DNA of 55,548 nt, counting the filler, from Platydemus manokwari (taxonomy: Eukaryota), in the NCBI GenBank assembly GCA_037951405.1. It is 4 parts of 4 records of this genome, joined end to end, with 100 filler letters (N's around TTAATTAATTAA, not from the genome) between each part and the next. Parts side by side here need not be neighbours in the genome. Positions count along the whole stretch, not along the records: positions 20,697 to 42,969 come from JBBMOY011266984.1; 3 more parts are not named here. The stretch is one strand, 5' to 3'. Below are positions 23,601 through 39,063 of this stretch, in pieces. Below the pieces are notes generated by a model, which ran no database searches, had not been told where the DNA came from, and saw nothing but the letters and a program-made list of their open reading frames with translations. A program made the position numbers and the translations under genes. Position 1 is the stretch's first letter. Each line of letters begins with the position of its first letter.

Positions 23601-25839
23601 TTACTATAATCTATTTTTAAAGTATAAAAAATGTTTTCATACTTTTCTAAAGAACAGTAAAAATCTCATTTCATAAGGGAAAGGAAACAAACCGAATTTA
23701 AAGTAATGGAAATGAGGATTTAATTATCTTTCGGAGAATTTGTTTTTTGTAAAAAAATAAATGGCTATATAAATTATATACGATGACCAAGAATAAAATA
23801 TGATAAATAAAAATAAATATAATTTATTTATGTATTCCAAAATAGGGAATAAATAAATAGTAGCTAATAACAAAAATTCAGACAAATTTAATCATCAGTA
23901 AATAAATGGAAAAATATGATAAAAAATTTGAAAAATTAAACTCAGAGATAAGTCAATTGAATTTTATAAGTCTTCTAAAAATAAAAATGATTTTGATTAT
24001 ATCACACAGAAATGCAAAAGCAATAGAAATTATCGATTGGAATTGTTGACTGAAGTTCGATATAAATACAGGGTCTACTGGCAGCAAAAATAGTTAAAAA
24101 ATTTCGGACAATAAGAACGCTAACAATTTTGACTATTAATACACTTGAACAGTCTCTGAGCAGTTGGAGCACTGATTTGGACTGCACTTGATTCGGCTAA
24201 CAAAAATTGACCTGAAAAATTGTGGTGAAAGTAACTATATTATCGACGCTTAAGAATTTTAGCAGCTTTAACACGATTGTTTAAAAATCCAAACTTCGAA
24301 TATCTTAACACTGGACAATAATTGATTTCCAAACTTAAGAAAATATTAGCAGCTGACCCCTGATCAATAATCGGTAAAAATTATTGATTATTTATAATCT
24401 GGAGGTTTTCCATTCATAAAGGCAAAACATATAGTCTGCGTAAATTTGGTCTTCCTGTTTCTTGATAAAGCAATACACTATACCAGTGTGACATAAAAAT
24501 ACTGGATTAACGTTAGAGTGCTTGTGTGATAAATTGAAAACAATTAGCTGTGGCGGTGATTTGTGTTAAATTTTTTACATAATTAACACTCTTTACTCGG
24601 AAAGTAATCACTCAAATCATTGAATTAACCAAGTATCTTTTAGTGGAATTGTGATAGCAATTCAATATCTCTGTTAATTTCAACACCGTATTGACATTTA
24701 ATTCACCAAAAATCGAAAAACATAGAATTACAAAAGAAACAGATACTATGATAATAACCACAAATGGAACTAAATCACTGTCAAAGTGCCAACTGATGTT
24801 GTTAAGATTTTGTATTTCTATAGAAATCCATCACATTAATAAAATATTTTTTCTTCTAAATGGAAATAAATTAAATTTATTAAGATATTGTATAAGCCAT
24901 TCAATTTTGAAAAAAAAATGTTGATTTCAGATTTTTGTGATCATATATACTTTCTTTCTATTAGTTTATTATAAAATGAATTAATACTTTATGATAAACC
25001 CATGATTCGTAGAAATAAATTGTTTTAAAATATTCTAAAATCCAAAACCTTTAATACCTCGAGATAAAGAAAAACTTCGAATTCAAGATATCCTTTAAAA
25101 TTGGTTTCATTAGTTATATTTGTTGAATATCGTGAAGTAGTAGTCTACAATTTTATTTTTGTGATTCAAGCTGGGCAGAGGAAATATTGTCCTTTTATAT
25201 TTTAATCAATAGAAAAATGAGAATGGGTTATATGTTTTTATTTTCTTTGAATATACTCAACTTTTGTCTTGGCAGGTATTACTTTGCATTTGTTTTTATT
25301 AAAAGAACCTACATTTGCTTTACCATTTTAAATTTGAATTTAATTTTATTGGTTTTTTGATATAATTTTAATTTAACGATTTTTCGTATATTATTTAATT
25401 TCAAAATGTACTTATAACGATATTTTTATCATAATCTGACTCAAAAATCAATTGTAAATGAAAATAAATAAAACCAGCGAAATTCTATCTGAAAAAACAA
25501 TTGCCATATAATGTTTATTTAATGTTTTGAGCACAAATGTCTCGATTATCTGGAAGGCCACCAGCATTTCAAGTGTTAAATTTTCTGATGAATAAATTTT
25601 TAAATTATCAACACGATGGAGAAATTGGACCTTAAAATTTAAAAACAAATTAACAATTTAAGTCGTGGCAATATATTTGTCTTCAAACTTTATCGTGACA
25701 GTAGAAAAACAGAAACAGCGGTACTTTTAATTTTAAGAATTATTTTTGAAAATTCCTTTTGAATTTTTAGATGATATTAGCTGGGGAATTCGATCCAGTC
25801 ACATTTGAATTCATATCATTGAATCAAATTGATGATATT

Positions 25840-28060
25840 CATCATTTGGAATCCATTTTTGTTTTTTCGCAATAATAAAAGTTTTTTCCAATTTATTCAT
25901 CAGAGCTTCCATGTCGATGAATAGTCCTTCCGCTGTATTAAAGCACTTCTAGGTAACGCTACCGCTCTTCTAGATTAATTGTAGGAACTTTCTCCTTGTA
26001 GATCATGAGTTCCCCCGCGTTAGTACTTGATTTTAGAATGCAAGTACCCGCATTTTATAGTTTGAATTTGAATCCAAGTTGAAACCCGAGAATCAATTTT
26101 CAGTTATTCATCATTTGGAATCCATTTTTGCTTTTTCGCAATAATCGCTATGTCATCTGATTAGCGAAGCATGAAATTTGATGATTTGCAATTATCAGGC
26201 CTCCAATAAGACAGTTATTCATTTGTACCAATATTAGATTAATAAGCATGGAGATTAGGCCGCCTTTCCTGACTCCCCTTTGAATTTTGATTGGTTTCGT
26301 TTGATTTAAATCACACCACATAGTATGATTCTGATCGTTGTTTCAGTCGGACTTCTATGTTTTAGGATTGTAAATATCTTCTTTGATGTCTAAGAATCCG
26401 ATGTGATATAGATATTTTTCTTACTGTATTCTTATATTATAGCTCGAAGTAAAAAGTTTTGTTTGGCACACCTTTCATTTGGACCTGGGCTTTTCTGGAG
26501 TTGATGTATTAGGTTGGTTTCATCAATCAGATTCTTCAGTTGTTTGCACAGAATAGATATGTGAATTTTAGAGCTAAAGTTGAGCAGCGCAATAGGAAGC
26601 CAGGAGCTGACTTGATGATAGTGGCCCTCTTTCATGGTTTTTGGTATCATCAATGTTGTATATATTTTCCATTCCTCTGGTATTTATTGTTTATCTAAGC
26701 ATTTTGTAAAAATCTTGTGTATGATTTTGGTATCTGGGTCTGCACACATAATATATTCATAATTGATCTTGTTTTTTCCAGAAGCACTTGGGTTCTTTTT
26801 ACAGAGAGTTGGATAAATTGCTTCTGGTTCTACTTTCCCGAAATAACGTTTAGTAACTTTATTTAATGAACAATGATTTTTACTTGCTCTCGTACGCTAT
26901 CCTTCACTTTCAGGAAGATATGTTTTTTGCTTCTGCTTGATCTCGAAATGTTTTATGAAGTCTATTTTAGTGCGTAAACAGTCAGCTTTTGGGTATTGCA
27001 TAGCCAACTCAAAGACAGCAGACGGAGCGAGGTTGAACAGTCTCCTCAGTTTTAAGTCAATTTCACCTCTTTTTTCATCATTGGCTCTACCTAAGTATGG
27101 GTTACTTGCTGATTTAATTGTGCTGACTCAGAAAATGAATTTGCAGTATTGGCTAAACATTTCATCTAATATTTCATTTGTATAGTTGTTAACCAGTCCT
27201 TCTGTTAATGATTTCTTAATTTCAAATAAATCATTTGGATATTTATAAGGAATGTACATTAGCTGTTCCTCACTTTTGACCTTCCATTCTTGTTTGAGAA
27301 TCGCCTTATTTGTATTTTTTGTAATTGCTTCGATGTTTATTCCTGTCAGTTGAAAGTTGTGATTGATGTATATCCAAATACCAGGGACTCGCTTTCTCCA
27401 AAATTGCATTGTAGTAGTCTGGTCTTAACAAGCTCGATTTTTCCAGACCTTCTTTGATTATAATAATATGGAAATATTTCTATTTGGACTATTGAAGAAA
27501 TTTGTTTATCATCATCCATATCATCACCTCTAGGGTCCAGGAAATTAAATTGAGTTTTTTGCAAATATTATCGCTAGAATTCAGAGTTAAGATTTCATCA
27601 AGTAGGTAAAAGATAATTTCTATAAGTTTGAATTACTGGAACAACAGAAATTCCAGAATATCTTCTGCCTGATCAAGTTAGAGGGATATGGCAATGAAAG
27701 GATCGAGTACTAGAAATTCTTTTTAACACTAGGTCATCATGTATCTTTCTGTAAAAGGGATATGGTCTGGAGCGGCTGGTCTCATCTCCGTTGATTGATG
27801 TTTATGAAATGTTTTGTTTACATTTTCTTCTTATGGTTTTAACGCATACGCCTATGTACGACTGGTTATTGGCTATGCAATGAATGTAACCGCATATTAA
27901 TTGGTAGTAGTCAAAGTTATTCGTTTGTAATTGCTGTTTCTTATCGAATAAGTTACATTTTTATCTTTTAGTTTTTCCAAAGTACGTTTTGTGTTTGAGT
28001 ATCTTGCATATCCTCTTCGCGTGAAGGATTGTCACATAAAAAGAAGGCTTCCTAAAAACC
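25840..28060 (-). mobile_element. Decayed non-LTR retrotransposon, R2/NeSL-like reverse transcriptase
   Basis: IPK...SSWLPIALLN..SKIH..IL..QL...LQK..GPNERCAKQNFLL (26432-26653), IQRGVRKGGLISMLINL (~26240-26290, for GVRQGDPLSP), and a disrupted FADD at ~26150-26170. Boundaries are approximate. Confidence 0.8.
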
Positions 28061-29073
28061 CCTGTTTTGATATACACACATATATATAGCGATAACAGGC
28101 AAAATAGTTAGACAATCAGAGATTAAATAAATCGAAGATTTTCATCTTAAAAAAGATACACGGATATTAACTAATGCAGCTCATCGAAAATTGATAGAAT
28201 TTGGTTTACATAAATAGAAAGTCAAATTAAAATGTAATATATGACGGTGGAAATATGACCTATTGTCACCTGAAGCCGATAAACAGGAATTTGTTCATGC
28301 TGATCAGCACCAGGTATTATGCAAGTACAAGGTGCAATATTTACTTTATTTTGATATAATCAATCAATATCTATACCTTTTTCAAGTAGTTTTAAGAGAC
28401 TAGCGTATGAAATTGTGCAGTCGGTGTGGTAACTTTTAAATTTCCATCGCGTTTAACACATTAGAATAGTTTTTTCTGTTCAATCTTTTCCTTAAGAATT
28501 TTTATGCTTAATGGTGAACGAAACACAAAACAATCACCGAAATAATATTCCACTAATTTCCATTTTAAATAAATGAATTGTATATACACAAATATTTAAG
28601 CTGTGAAATACATAAACAAAAACTAAACATTTTTAAAATACTGATATTAAAAATTGTTAAATAATTAAAAATAATCTTTTTATTGATATCAATTAATTAT
28701 TTAATAAACAATTAGTAAGTAAAACAACTTTGGTTGAAATTTTTCTATAAACTTCATATAAACTATTAGAACACATTAAATAATATTAAAAACAATGAAT
28801 AATAAATAAATAAGAATTAGAATTTTTTATAAAAAGTATATTTCTTAATTTTAAGTTTAGATTTTAAATCTTTATTTATATATTTAATATTTGATATTTA
28901 ATTAACAAAAAAATTCATTTTTGCATTGATTAGAATATAAACAACTTTTATATAAATAAGATATTTAATATTTGCTATATAAATATTTGTTTTAAGGAAT
29001 CCATGAAACAATAATTTTTTAATTATCTGACGTATTACTAGTAAAATATTATTTCAGTTATTGCAATTTATTC

Positions 29074-32000
29074 ATGATTCCCACTTCCTACAATTTGTGA
29101 GTTTTTTGCGTATTTCTTGAATTTACTATTTGAAGTTACTAAAAAATCATTGATTATTTACTGTAGGCATATAGAAAAAGATAAATTCATTATTTATCCT
29201 TGTACCAATGCCATAGAATATTTAATAATCGATAGATTATCTGAAGAAGTTACTATTCAAAGTAAGTCATTGCTTGATGTTTATTAGTATCAAGAAGAAT
29301 TTTTAGAAGATGTAAAAATAGAGTCAAATTCAAATATTTTTAAAATATGGGGTATATGGGGAATGATCAAATTGATTTCAGGTTAGAAACATAGGTGCTG
29401 CACAAATTTCCAATATTATTCTTTTAAATTAGGTCACTTCCTAATTGTAATTAAAGATATTGAGAAGATTGGCACGTTAAACAAGCACGATATATTTAAA
29501 ATTGTAGAAAGTCAAATTATACCATTGTCAAGATCAAATCGACACATTATAGATTCCCAAGTAAAATAAATAACATGGGTGGAGTTTGTGATTTTATAAA
29601 ATATAAAAATTTAGATTTTGCTTGAAAAAGAATATCTGCACATGTTGGAAACTGTCTTGAGCACTCAAAATTTCTATTTCTCTCATACAATGGATTTGAC
29701 TCATACATTTCAAAGATTACAGGATGTCAGTTCGGATTTCTATCAAATGTCACTCTTTGAAAGGGTAATTTTTTATGTTGTATTTAATAAAATAATTTGT
29801 TTTGTGGATTATTATTACATCTTAATTATTACTAATTGAATAATATCGATTCTTTAAAACAACTGATTCCGTCAAGCAATGTTGATGACAAACTAAGCTA
29901 ATTGGATAAGCAATCAACCAATGACAACTGATCATTTACTACGTGCGATTTTGAGACAAGTATTAATGTGACAGTTAAGGACACATTTGAAATATTAATT
30001 ACAATCGACATTTATAGTGCAGCTGAAAATGTTATTTTTGGTTAATCTTCGTTTGTAAGATCGAATTAGGATAAGTGGTGTGAATTGCAAAATAAGTAAT
30101 TGAGGAGTTTCAATTTTTTTTTAAAAAAATTTCTCTCGTGGGAATATATTATTAAACAATTTTTTCTTAATGATTTTCCATAAATGGCCTGGAAGTAATA
30201 ATGAATCTAGTTTCAAATGGCGTGGGTACGATTCCATTGGTAAATGTATGGAATTGATTTGTTTTAGACTCTATGTGATGCTTATATCTTGGAATTTCTT
30301 GACCATTATCGAAGCCAGTGATTTTATCATTGATGTAAAGCCTATCATTACTTTTATCAAGTGATTAAAGTGAAATATAATCACTGACACCGCATCTATT
30401 TTGATTATCACGACCGATTGTCGTGTTACAAAGTTCACTACTTTAACAGTTCTTATGCTTCAATGAACTTTCACCCATTAATTTTATTGATTTTTAATTT
30501 TTACAGATTTGTGTCATATCGATTAAATTTGTCAATTTAATAGCTGTGATAATATTTATCTCGTGATATTATTTTTTGAATCAGTTATTTCAAATATTTA
30601 TATAATATATTTTTATTCATTTCTCTCACTGAAATCACAAAATTATTTCACATATAATATCAATGGATACATTTCTTGGTTGATATTCGTAATTTTGAAA
30701 TATTAATGAATAATGTTCACATGTTTTTCAATTCCATATTTTGCTATGCTATTTAAGAATGGCAACATGTTGAATGGGCTGATTTGTGATGTTGATAATT
30801 ATATAAATAGTATAATTCGTGTCAGTGAAAGTAGGTCATATTCATTCAATCAGATGATTTTTCACACAGCTTCAATTTTATTACTTTTGCATTTTTGATA
30901 AATTAATTTGAATTTTATATATATATATATATATGTGTGTGTACGGTGTGTGTACGGTGTGTGTTCAAAGTTATACAAACTGACTTGGTAATTTGAGATA
31001 AATCAGGAGATTTTTGTATTGATTTTCTATTATTTATTGAGAATATTATTAATTTATAATTATTATTGCTTTAGTTCTTTCATTAATCTATAATTAAATA
31101 TTATTAGGCCGATGAACGATTTGTCTGGAACCGACATTTGGTGAACAATTTTGTTCAGAGCCCTGAATTACAGAAATATGTTTACCCAATCATGCATGGA
31201 TGTAAGCTTATCAATAATAATGTGTATTTATTAATTTGGTAACACTTTTTTGGGTTGCGGACCCACTTTACGAATCCAATTTTTTTCGCGACTAAAATAA
31301 AAATAATAAAGTAAAAAAAAATTTAACACAAAAAATTAAAATATATTTAATAATAACGATTTTGCATATTTTGGCATAAAACATCAAATCTTGGCTCTAC
31401 TTAGGTGATGGCTGGTCTTAGTACTAAATCCAGATATTTAAAATTCAATCGATATTTTGTGTTCATATTGGTCAGAATAATTTCTTATGAATAATTGACT
31501 ATAACTTTGAAATTTCTCGCGACCCACCTTCTTTTGAAGAACACGGATTCAATGCATTGCATCATATTCTTATCGCATGACAAATTTATCACCAAATATG
31601 ACTCTTTGAATATTTTAAAATTAGTAGATATATTTGTCATTATTTTTATTATATAATTATTGAAATCTAATTTGTCAAACCTCAAATAATCTCCCGTGGG
31701 GACTCATTGAATAATGTGGGATATTTGCATAAATATACACGAAACCATTGATATATTCCCGATACTAAATCAACCATTTTTCTCTCAGTGGACCATTTAT
31801 TCAGTTATGAAATTGTCATGGTTGTAATGAAATAATTTCAATAACGATTAAATGAACCAATTAAACGTGCAATTAAACAGTTCGATTTAATTTCCATTTT
31901 AATTGAATCAACATATGGAATTTAATTTCCGCTATTTAATTATATCATTTGTAAACATATATAATATGGGAATGTTTTTGTTATAAAATATTATTTCCTT

Positions 32001-35000
32001 TAGTTATTGGTCATATTACCAATCAGATTTCACGAACAAGCAGTCCATTTACTTTATGGTTAATTAGCCGACGCAGTGTTCATCGTGCTGGTACTAGGTA
32101 TTATTCTCGCGGTTGTGATAACGTGGGCAATTCTAGCAATTTCATTGAAACCGAACAAGTTCTCGTTTCTGGATCAGAGATTGTTTCATTTATCCAGGTG
32201 AGAATTACTTAATCAGTTGTATTCATAATTTTACTTGACTGATCAATATTTTTGTTTCATATTTTTCCTGATATTGTCAATTAATACCGCTTGATTTATT
32301 TATGCTCATTGCAGTTATTTTTTGTTCATGTTTAATATGATTCATTCAAGAATTAAATCATATTGCTCCTCAACTCGACACGAAATTAATGTAGAGAGAA
32401 TATATTGTGATTGTGAACATTTCTAGAAATTTCTCCTAATCCAACTTTATTTACATAATTTGTAACATTGGTCCTTAAATTCAATGTGTTTCGAAAATCG
32501 AATATTCAAATTTGTTGTAAAAAGTTTCAATTTAATAATCTTATTCAGTAATATTTGTTTCTCCGGAATTCATTTTAATAGAACTGATAGACAATAACTA
32601 CCAACATTGCTAAAACTTATCATTTTGAGTTAAAAATCTTGGTGCTGATTTTACACATTGTCAAGTGGAATATATTTACAGTTTTTGCTTTGCTTTTTGT
32701 TTTACAAATGATAAATGTAATTTTTGTAAATTAATTTTATATTTCTTTTCAACTGATGATTTTTTAACGCACCAGAATTTTCCTTTAAACAACAATATCC
32801 TATGAAAAATTGTAATCAATAATAATCAAGTGATATTTGTGTTTATAAATATTTCGAATATCTTTAGAAATTTTCAGCTTTTTGAACATTCGGAGCTTTG
32901 ATATTTTAATGAAGTGTGTTTTCACAGCATTTGTGCTTTAATAATTATCATATTTTCTGGTCAATTTCGCAATATTTTTTTATATATTTAAAAATAATTA
33001 TTTATAAAATGTTAATAAATGTGAATGGAATACCTTTTAATGTGTGAAATATTATTAATTGATGGATTCAACTTCCTATTCGATACTGATAAAGGGAAGT
33101 GTGGAAACCAGTCTATCGTCGGATTACTTGTTGGAATTATCATCAGTTCAATCAGTAAACCATTACGGACGAATTTTCTTGTTTTTTATGTTAAATATAC
33201 ATAAATTTTTATGAATAAGGACTTAATAAAGATAAGAATGGAACATCATTTATTGAATCATGATTAATTATTTATATGAAGAGTACATCGGATTAACGAA
33301 CACTATTTTTAAAGAGAATGTTTTGTGAATTATCAATAATTAATAGATCACAAAATTTACCTATTCCATTATAAGAATTACTTTTACTTTTGAGAGAAAA
33401 GGCCTTCATTACAAAGTATCAATTGATTTCCATGATCAGTTATATTCTATTTGTTTTTTGGTGATGTTTCTTTCAACTGGGATCAAATTTTAATTATTGT
33501 AGAAAAACTCATTGTTTCCTTTTGATACCAATTTGCATATTTATTATCTTATCTAAACATATGATATAAATGGCTATCGATCACCTTAAGGTAAAATCGA
33601 TGTCTGAATTATTGGACTTTTCGATGTTATTAAACTATAGCAAGAACTGATTGCAAGATCCGACTCGCATATATACATATTAAAATTAAGCTTACGTTTG
33701 TGTCGTATGATTTGCAGATAAATTTAATTATTAAAGAAAATAATTTGAGATTTTGGACATACTCATTTAATAATTTGTCTGAATTGTAAAATTTTAATAG
33801 TTTCAAATAGCACATTGCCATGCCATTATAAGCAGTATATCAAGATTCTATTAAATTTTATATTACTGTTGTCTTTCAAAACCCTTTATCTTGTACAAAT
33901 CAATGACCAGTGTTAATGTGATAATGTTCTTCATAGAAGTTGGTACAGATTTCATTAAGGAATGGATGATCAATACAGCTTATTTTAATTTATATCTTCA
34001 CATCATTAGATAGTGTTTATATATTATTTGAAATATCTCTTTTAAAATGTTTCTTTATGGGATAACGGAACGTTTTGCTTTTCTTATCGTAGAATTTATT
34101 CAAGTTGGATTAATTTTGTACCCATTGGAAATAATGATTTAACTTCATTTAAAATAGACTAGAGGTTCTATCCCACTAGTATGGAATCAAAAGCCAAATC
34201 TATATTACAAACCACGACCTCAAATGACTGTGTCAGAAGAGGAACAAGTGGTTGTATTGAGCGAGCATTTTAATTCTCAGATCTATTTACATAAATATGG
34301 TCCACAAATAGTCGTCAATTTACTCAATCAGTCTGGATCAGAAAAGCCACTGGGTTCACTTTTTGCTCGTGTACTCCATGATGCTGATCTAAAAAACGTA
34401 AAGTACGTTCAGTTGTTATTTATTGTTAATGGATGGTTTTTCTCACCAATTTTAGCTTGTTTATATAAATTCCTTATTTATTTTTTAATCTATATATAAT
34501 GATATTTCATATTTTTTTATTTCCTTGATATTTATTGAAATTTTCGACAATTGATTTGCATTGTTTGATATTTTTTTCTCTGATAAAAGGTAATGGATAA
34601 TGGTATCGATCTCATTATTCATATTCTATGGCCACCTTTTATCTAAGTATAATATTAACAAAGATTTTTAGTGTTATAATTTGTGGATTTATTTATCTTT
34701 TACTTAATATTTTTTGATTCTAATTCTCATCACTGTTAGTCAATGTAATCTGTTGAATTTCGATATTGATGTATTTTATTATGCAGATATGTACCGTTTG
34801 ATTTTCATAATATGTGTAAGCATATGAAATGGGAAAAGTTGGATATTCTTATGGAGACCTTACAGCCAGACATGAATGAAATGAAGTACTTTCTTAATCA
34901 CCATAACAACGATCGTTAACATTGTCTATCATTGTCAGATATCTCCATATGTCATTGAAAGACAAAGGATCTCCTAATGTCCATTTGCGACAGAAAGGTG

Positions 35001-37123
35001 TTTTCCGTACGAACTGTATTGACTGTCTTGACAGAACCAATGTTGTTCAGTCCATGATTTCTTGGTGTGTTCTTGAAGCATTATTGATCGATTTGCATAT
35101 TCTTCCAAATTCTACACAATCTCCCCAATCTCAAGGAGTTGTTTTAGCTCAGACATGTCCGGAATTGCAGTTTCAATATAAAAATCTATGGGCTGACAAT
35201 GGAGATACGATTGCGTTTCAGTATACTGGTACTGGGGCTCTGAAAAGTGATTTCACTCGAACTGGTAAATATCTATATATACTATTTTATATTTGTCGCT
35301 AGATATTAATATCAGTAAAGGAATGATGATTCACTCGACATATTTATATCAATTGCTTTATTTATGTTATTAATAATATTTATAATGTCTCATTTCGTAC
35401 TTGGAGTCTGTACTACTGATAATTTGTAAATATTTTTTCATAATTAAATTTGATAATCATTTTATATTATTATTTAAATATATCGGTACGGTGTATAATA
35501 GTTTATAAAAATGCTATATTAAATGCGATACGTTCATTTTCAGGAAATGTGAAATCGATATTTTTTGTTAATTCCTAATGTTCTAAAAATTAATATGATT
35601 CAATAAATAATGACTGTTATCAATAAGTAATTGGCTTAATTACTTTTGTTATTTTTATGATTCTCCATGACAGAAGTTAATCGATTGTGTGTTCATAAGC
35701 AAGACCCATTATCAGATCATGGAACATATGTGTTATAGAATTAATATATGTATTGAGAATCATTAAATCGAAATCAAAAATCACTTATGCTATTTAGATA
35801 TTTCTGTCTCGTTGTTAAATAAATTTCTTTTTCTCAATTAGCTTACTAAAATATATTCCTATTAGATTTACTCCAGGAAGCTTTTCTGTGTTATGGAAAT
35901 TGTATTTTTCAGCTATCGCAATTATAATCGCATTATTAGATTCAAATTACTTCATTAATCGATTCGTTAATCTTCACGTGAAATAAATAGATTGGACACA
36001 GCTCTTTATCATTTTTGAAATTATTTTCAAATCGATAAGGTTTTCTGTTGTGATATCATTGAAATTATTGATGCCGTTTTAGAAGAAATGTCATTTTTAA
36101 ATTACTCTCAATTTTTAATTTTCAATCCTTTTATTTCTAGATTCGATTAAATTTTGTTCTTGATTTCTAATTATTAGGATGATACCAGTAGTTGAATTTT
36201 AAATTTATTAATTTAATTATTTAGATTCAATTATAATAATTATTTTTATCTGCATGCGTAGGAACATAATTATTTTAAATTACGTCTTGTCTATTGATTA
36301 TGGTGTGTTTGCACAATCATATTAAATACAGATCCAGTCAAGGAAATATCAGTTAATTACTATATCAAATATGATTTGCTGACAAAAGTTATTTTTAGAA
36401 ATTTTATAGCCTCAATTTTATTGATTTCATTTTTTCGAATATAAAGTTGAGATTTTTCAAGTTTCTCTTTAATCTAAATATAGCCAATCTCGAATTGTGA
36501 TCAATATGATTTTTATTTTCTTGAAATGATTTATTTGACAGTCGATTAATAGACAATAGATATCTTAATGGAAAAAATGAGACGATCTATAATTTGTTGG
36601 GCGGCATATATTGTTAAATGTAGGCGTTCTAAAATTGTGGAATAAAATATCGTGTAGCGTTTATATTTACATTGGTTTTGATATAATTCAGGCAAGCGAT
36701 CTCCATCTGGTGTCTTAGCCGATGGTTATAAAAGCTCCATAAGATATGTGCTCAACAACTTCCGCGATGGATTCAGACAAGATGCTATGGAATTATTCCT
36801 CGGGAATTATATTGTTGATTCTCTTGAAGGTTCTTCAGCTAATCGACTCAGTCCTCTTCAAAAACCGCGTGGAATATTATATAAAGTTCTACCTTGGTTA
36901 ATAATAGTGACATTATGTTCTCTCATCATCAGAATTCTTTTCCCGACCGGTAAACCAAACTTTATTCACATATCGATTAAATTGATTTCCTATTTCAGGT
37001 GACTGGAGTAGCCAGGCGGTATATTTGTTTGGTTTGGTTTCGTTTCTGTTGATTTGTGTTTCCATTATTTTCAATAATGGATATATGTTTGTCGACAGTC
37101 CTAGACTGCGCAAAGATGATTGA
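29074..37123 (+). CDS. SACM1L: Phosphatidylinositol-4-phosphate phosphatase SAC1
   Basis: Twelve exons (29074-29096, 29167-29261, 29307-29381, 29433-29560, 29615-29764, 31108-31201, 32004-32197, 34158-34402, 34787-34885, 34939-35264, 36692-36949, 36999-37123) total 1812 nt (603 aa). Motifs: FYFSHTMDLT, ADERFVWN, LISRRSVHRAGTRY, NFIETEQ, TRGSIPLVW, catalytic RTNCIDCLDRTN, WADNGD, GTGALKSDFTRTG, NNFRDGFRQD. Two C-terminal TM helices follow, and the protein ends FVDSPRLRKDD*. Confidence 0.96.
30916..30964. repeat. Compound (TA)n(TG)n microsatellite in a SAC1 intron
   Basis: tatata...tgtgtgtgtacggtgtgtgtacggtgtgtgt. Confidence 0.85.
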
Positions 37124-39063
37124 CTACAGGCAGTCAGCGTTGTTAAGAGAGACAATTTATCATCGACAACTAATCATTTCACCAATGTTAATTCCTATTT
37201 CCAACGCAATAAAATACAATATTCCAATGATATAATAGTTGTGTGAGAATTGTTCAATGATGGTCGGGAACAGTGGCGATTGCCTTTCCAATGCTTAATC
37301 GTGTTGATCTTGTTATTAATATGTTCTTTAAATAATTTTTATCGTTTGTTTTCTACTTTAGTTCACACAATTATTTCTGTTGATGAGATTCGCGGTAGTT
37401 TATATGACAAAATATTATTAGATTTTCTTATCGATTATAAAATATAATATCTATTATTGATTATATATATTACGTTTATATCTATTATCGGGTATTGATA
37501 TTTATTATTGGTTTTTTAACTTCATATTTATTTTATGTTCTTCCTCATAAATCCTAATGAATTAATTTAATGATTTTGTGTACTGAGTTCAAATTTTAAA
37601 AGTTTAACATAGAACTTGGGTTATCTTTTTTCTGTTGAATTGAGAGTTCATTTCGATCTTACTCATTTCACTTTATGTTATGGTTGGCGGAGATATGACT
37701 TGACTAAACAAACATTTACATTAGCACCAAGAGGCTAAACAGTTTTCTTTGCAAAATATCAGGTGATTGTTTAATGTTAATTGAACGGAGGAGTAAAAGT
37801 TATTGCTTCATTATAATTGCAGTTTTTGAAAAAACGAGTTTATTTTCATTAACAAAAGTAACTTTATTATTCATATAAAAGCATGGAATTTTTCGTTAAA
37901 TAATCATAAAATAAAACACTAAATAAATATTGGATACGTTGTTATAAATTTTAATAAGAATTATCTAGATCAAGACTTGTAAACACACGCACTTCCAAAG
38001 CCTATAATTTTTTTTACAATTTTTTGAGTTGAAGTTAATGAAATGGATTTGTAAGTAAAATTTGTTGAGTGTATTTCAAAAATATGGCTTCTTTAATTGT
38101 ATTGATTAATAATATTTTGAAATTTTGTACTTAAAGTACTTCAGATGGTTTTTATTTGTTTGAAATGAAATAAACTAAGTTTAATAATCTTCTAAAAAAT
38201 GGTTATTTATAAAACTTAGCAAAATTGGACATTTTTAATTTATTGACATTAGCAAGTTTACCCACAATGAAAGACTCGAAATTAAACTAATTTTATAGAG
38301 TTGTCGTTTTGTTTATCTGCTGTATTGGAGATTCGATTTTATTCGTCTGAAGACTAGTTTATTGACATATGATCTTTTCTTTCGTCAATGCCCTTTATAG
38401 GTATTCATTTGTTGTTTTAGTTGGCCACCGAGTTCTCTAGTAGTTGCTACTTTGAGAGGTTAGGGTTAAATTTATGAAAATTAATTGCAACAAGATTATA
38501 ATTATTATTCATCTGTAGCATTTCAATTGCTGGATATTATTTTGAAATATTCATTGACCAAATCTCAATTGCATGATGAAGAACAATGTTTAATTTTTTT
38601 CTTTGTATTTCCAGTAGTATAGTTCTCAATACTTGTTACTGAAGACCTTTCAGAGCCAGTGTAATAAAATATTATAATTAAGAACATAATAAACAATATT
38701 ACATAGTGGTGCCAGTAAAATAATTAAAATGCAGATACAGTCAGATGAAAATTCATCGAAGGATTTCAAACTTCAGTATATATTTTGACAGAAACAAAGA
38801 ATGTTTTTGACAAAATAGAAATTTAATCAAGACAAGGATAATTGCACATAAATTTCAAACCAGAATCGATATGCACCAAATATATTCTTCCTTCTATGGT
38901 ATCTTGTAGCTGAAGACGATAATACATCGATTCCAAAGATGTATTAGAATGTTTAATTATATGAATAATTTATAAAGTATTTCTAGAAAATTAGAATAAA
39001 TATGTGTAGAAGTAATGTATAATGAATAGAAGATTATGATAATAAATAAAAATAAATATATCC

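Noticed and set aside
24069-24362. CAGGG...CCCTG hAT-type MITE
   Set aside because: The inverted repeats are short and imperfect, and there is no matching 8-bp TSD.
31240-31540. GGGTTGCGGACCCAC / CGCGACCCAC motifs resembling hAT-MITE ends in a SAC1 intron
   Set aside because: No definable termini or TSD; too degenerate to call.
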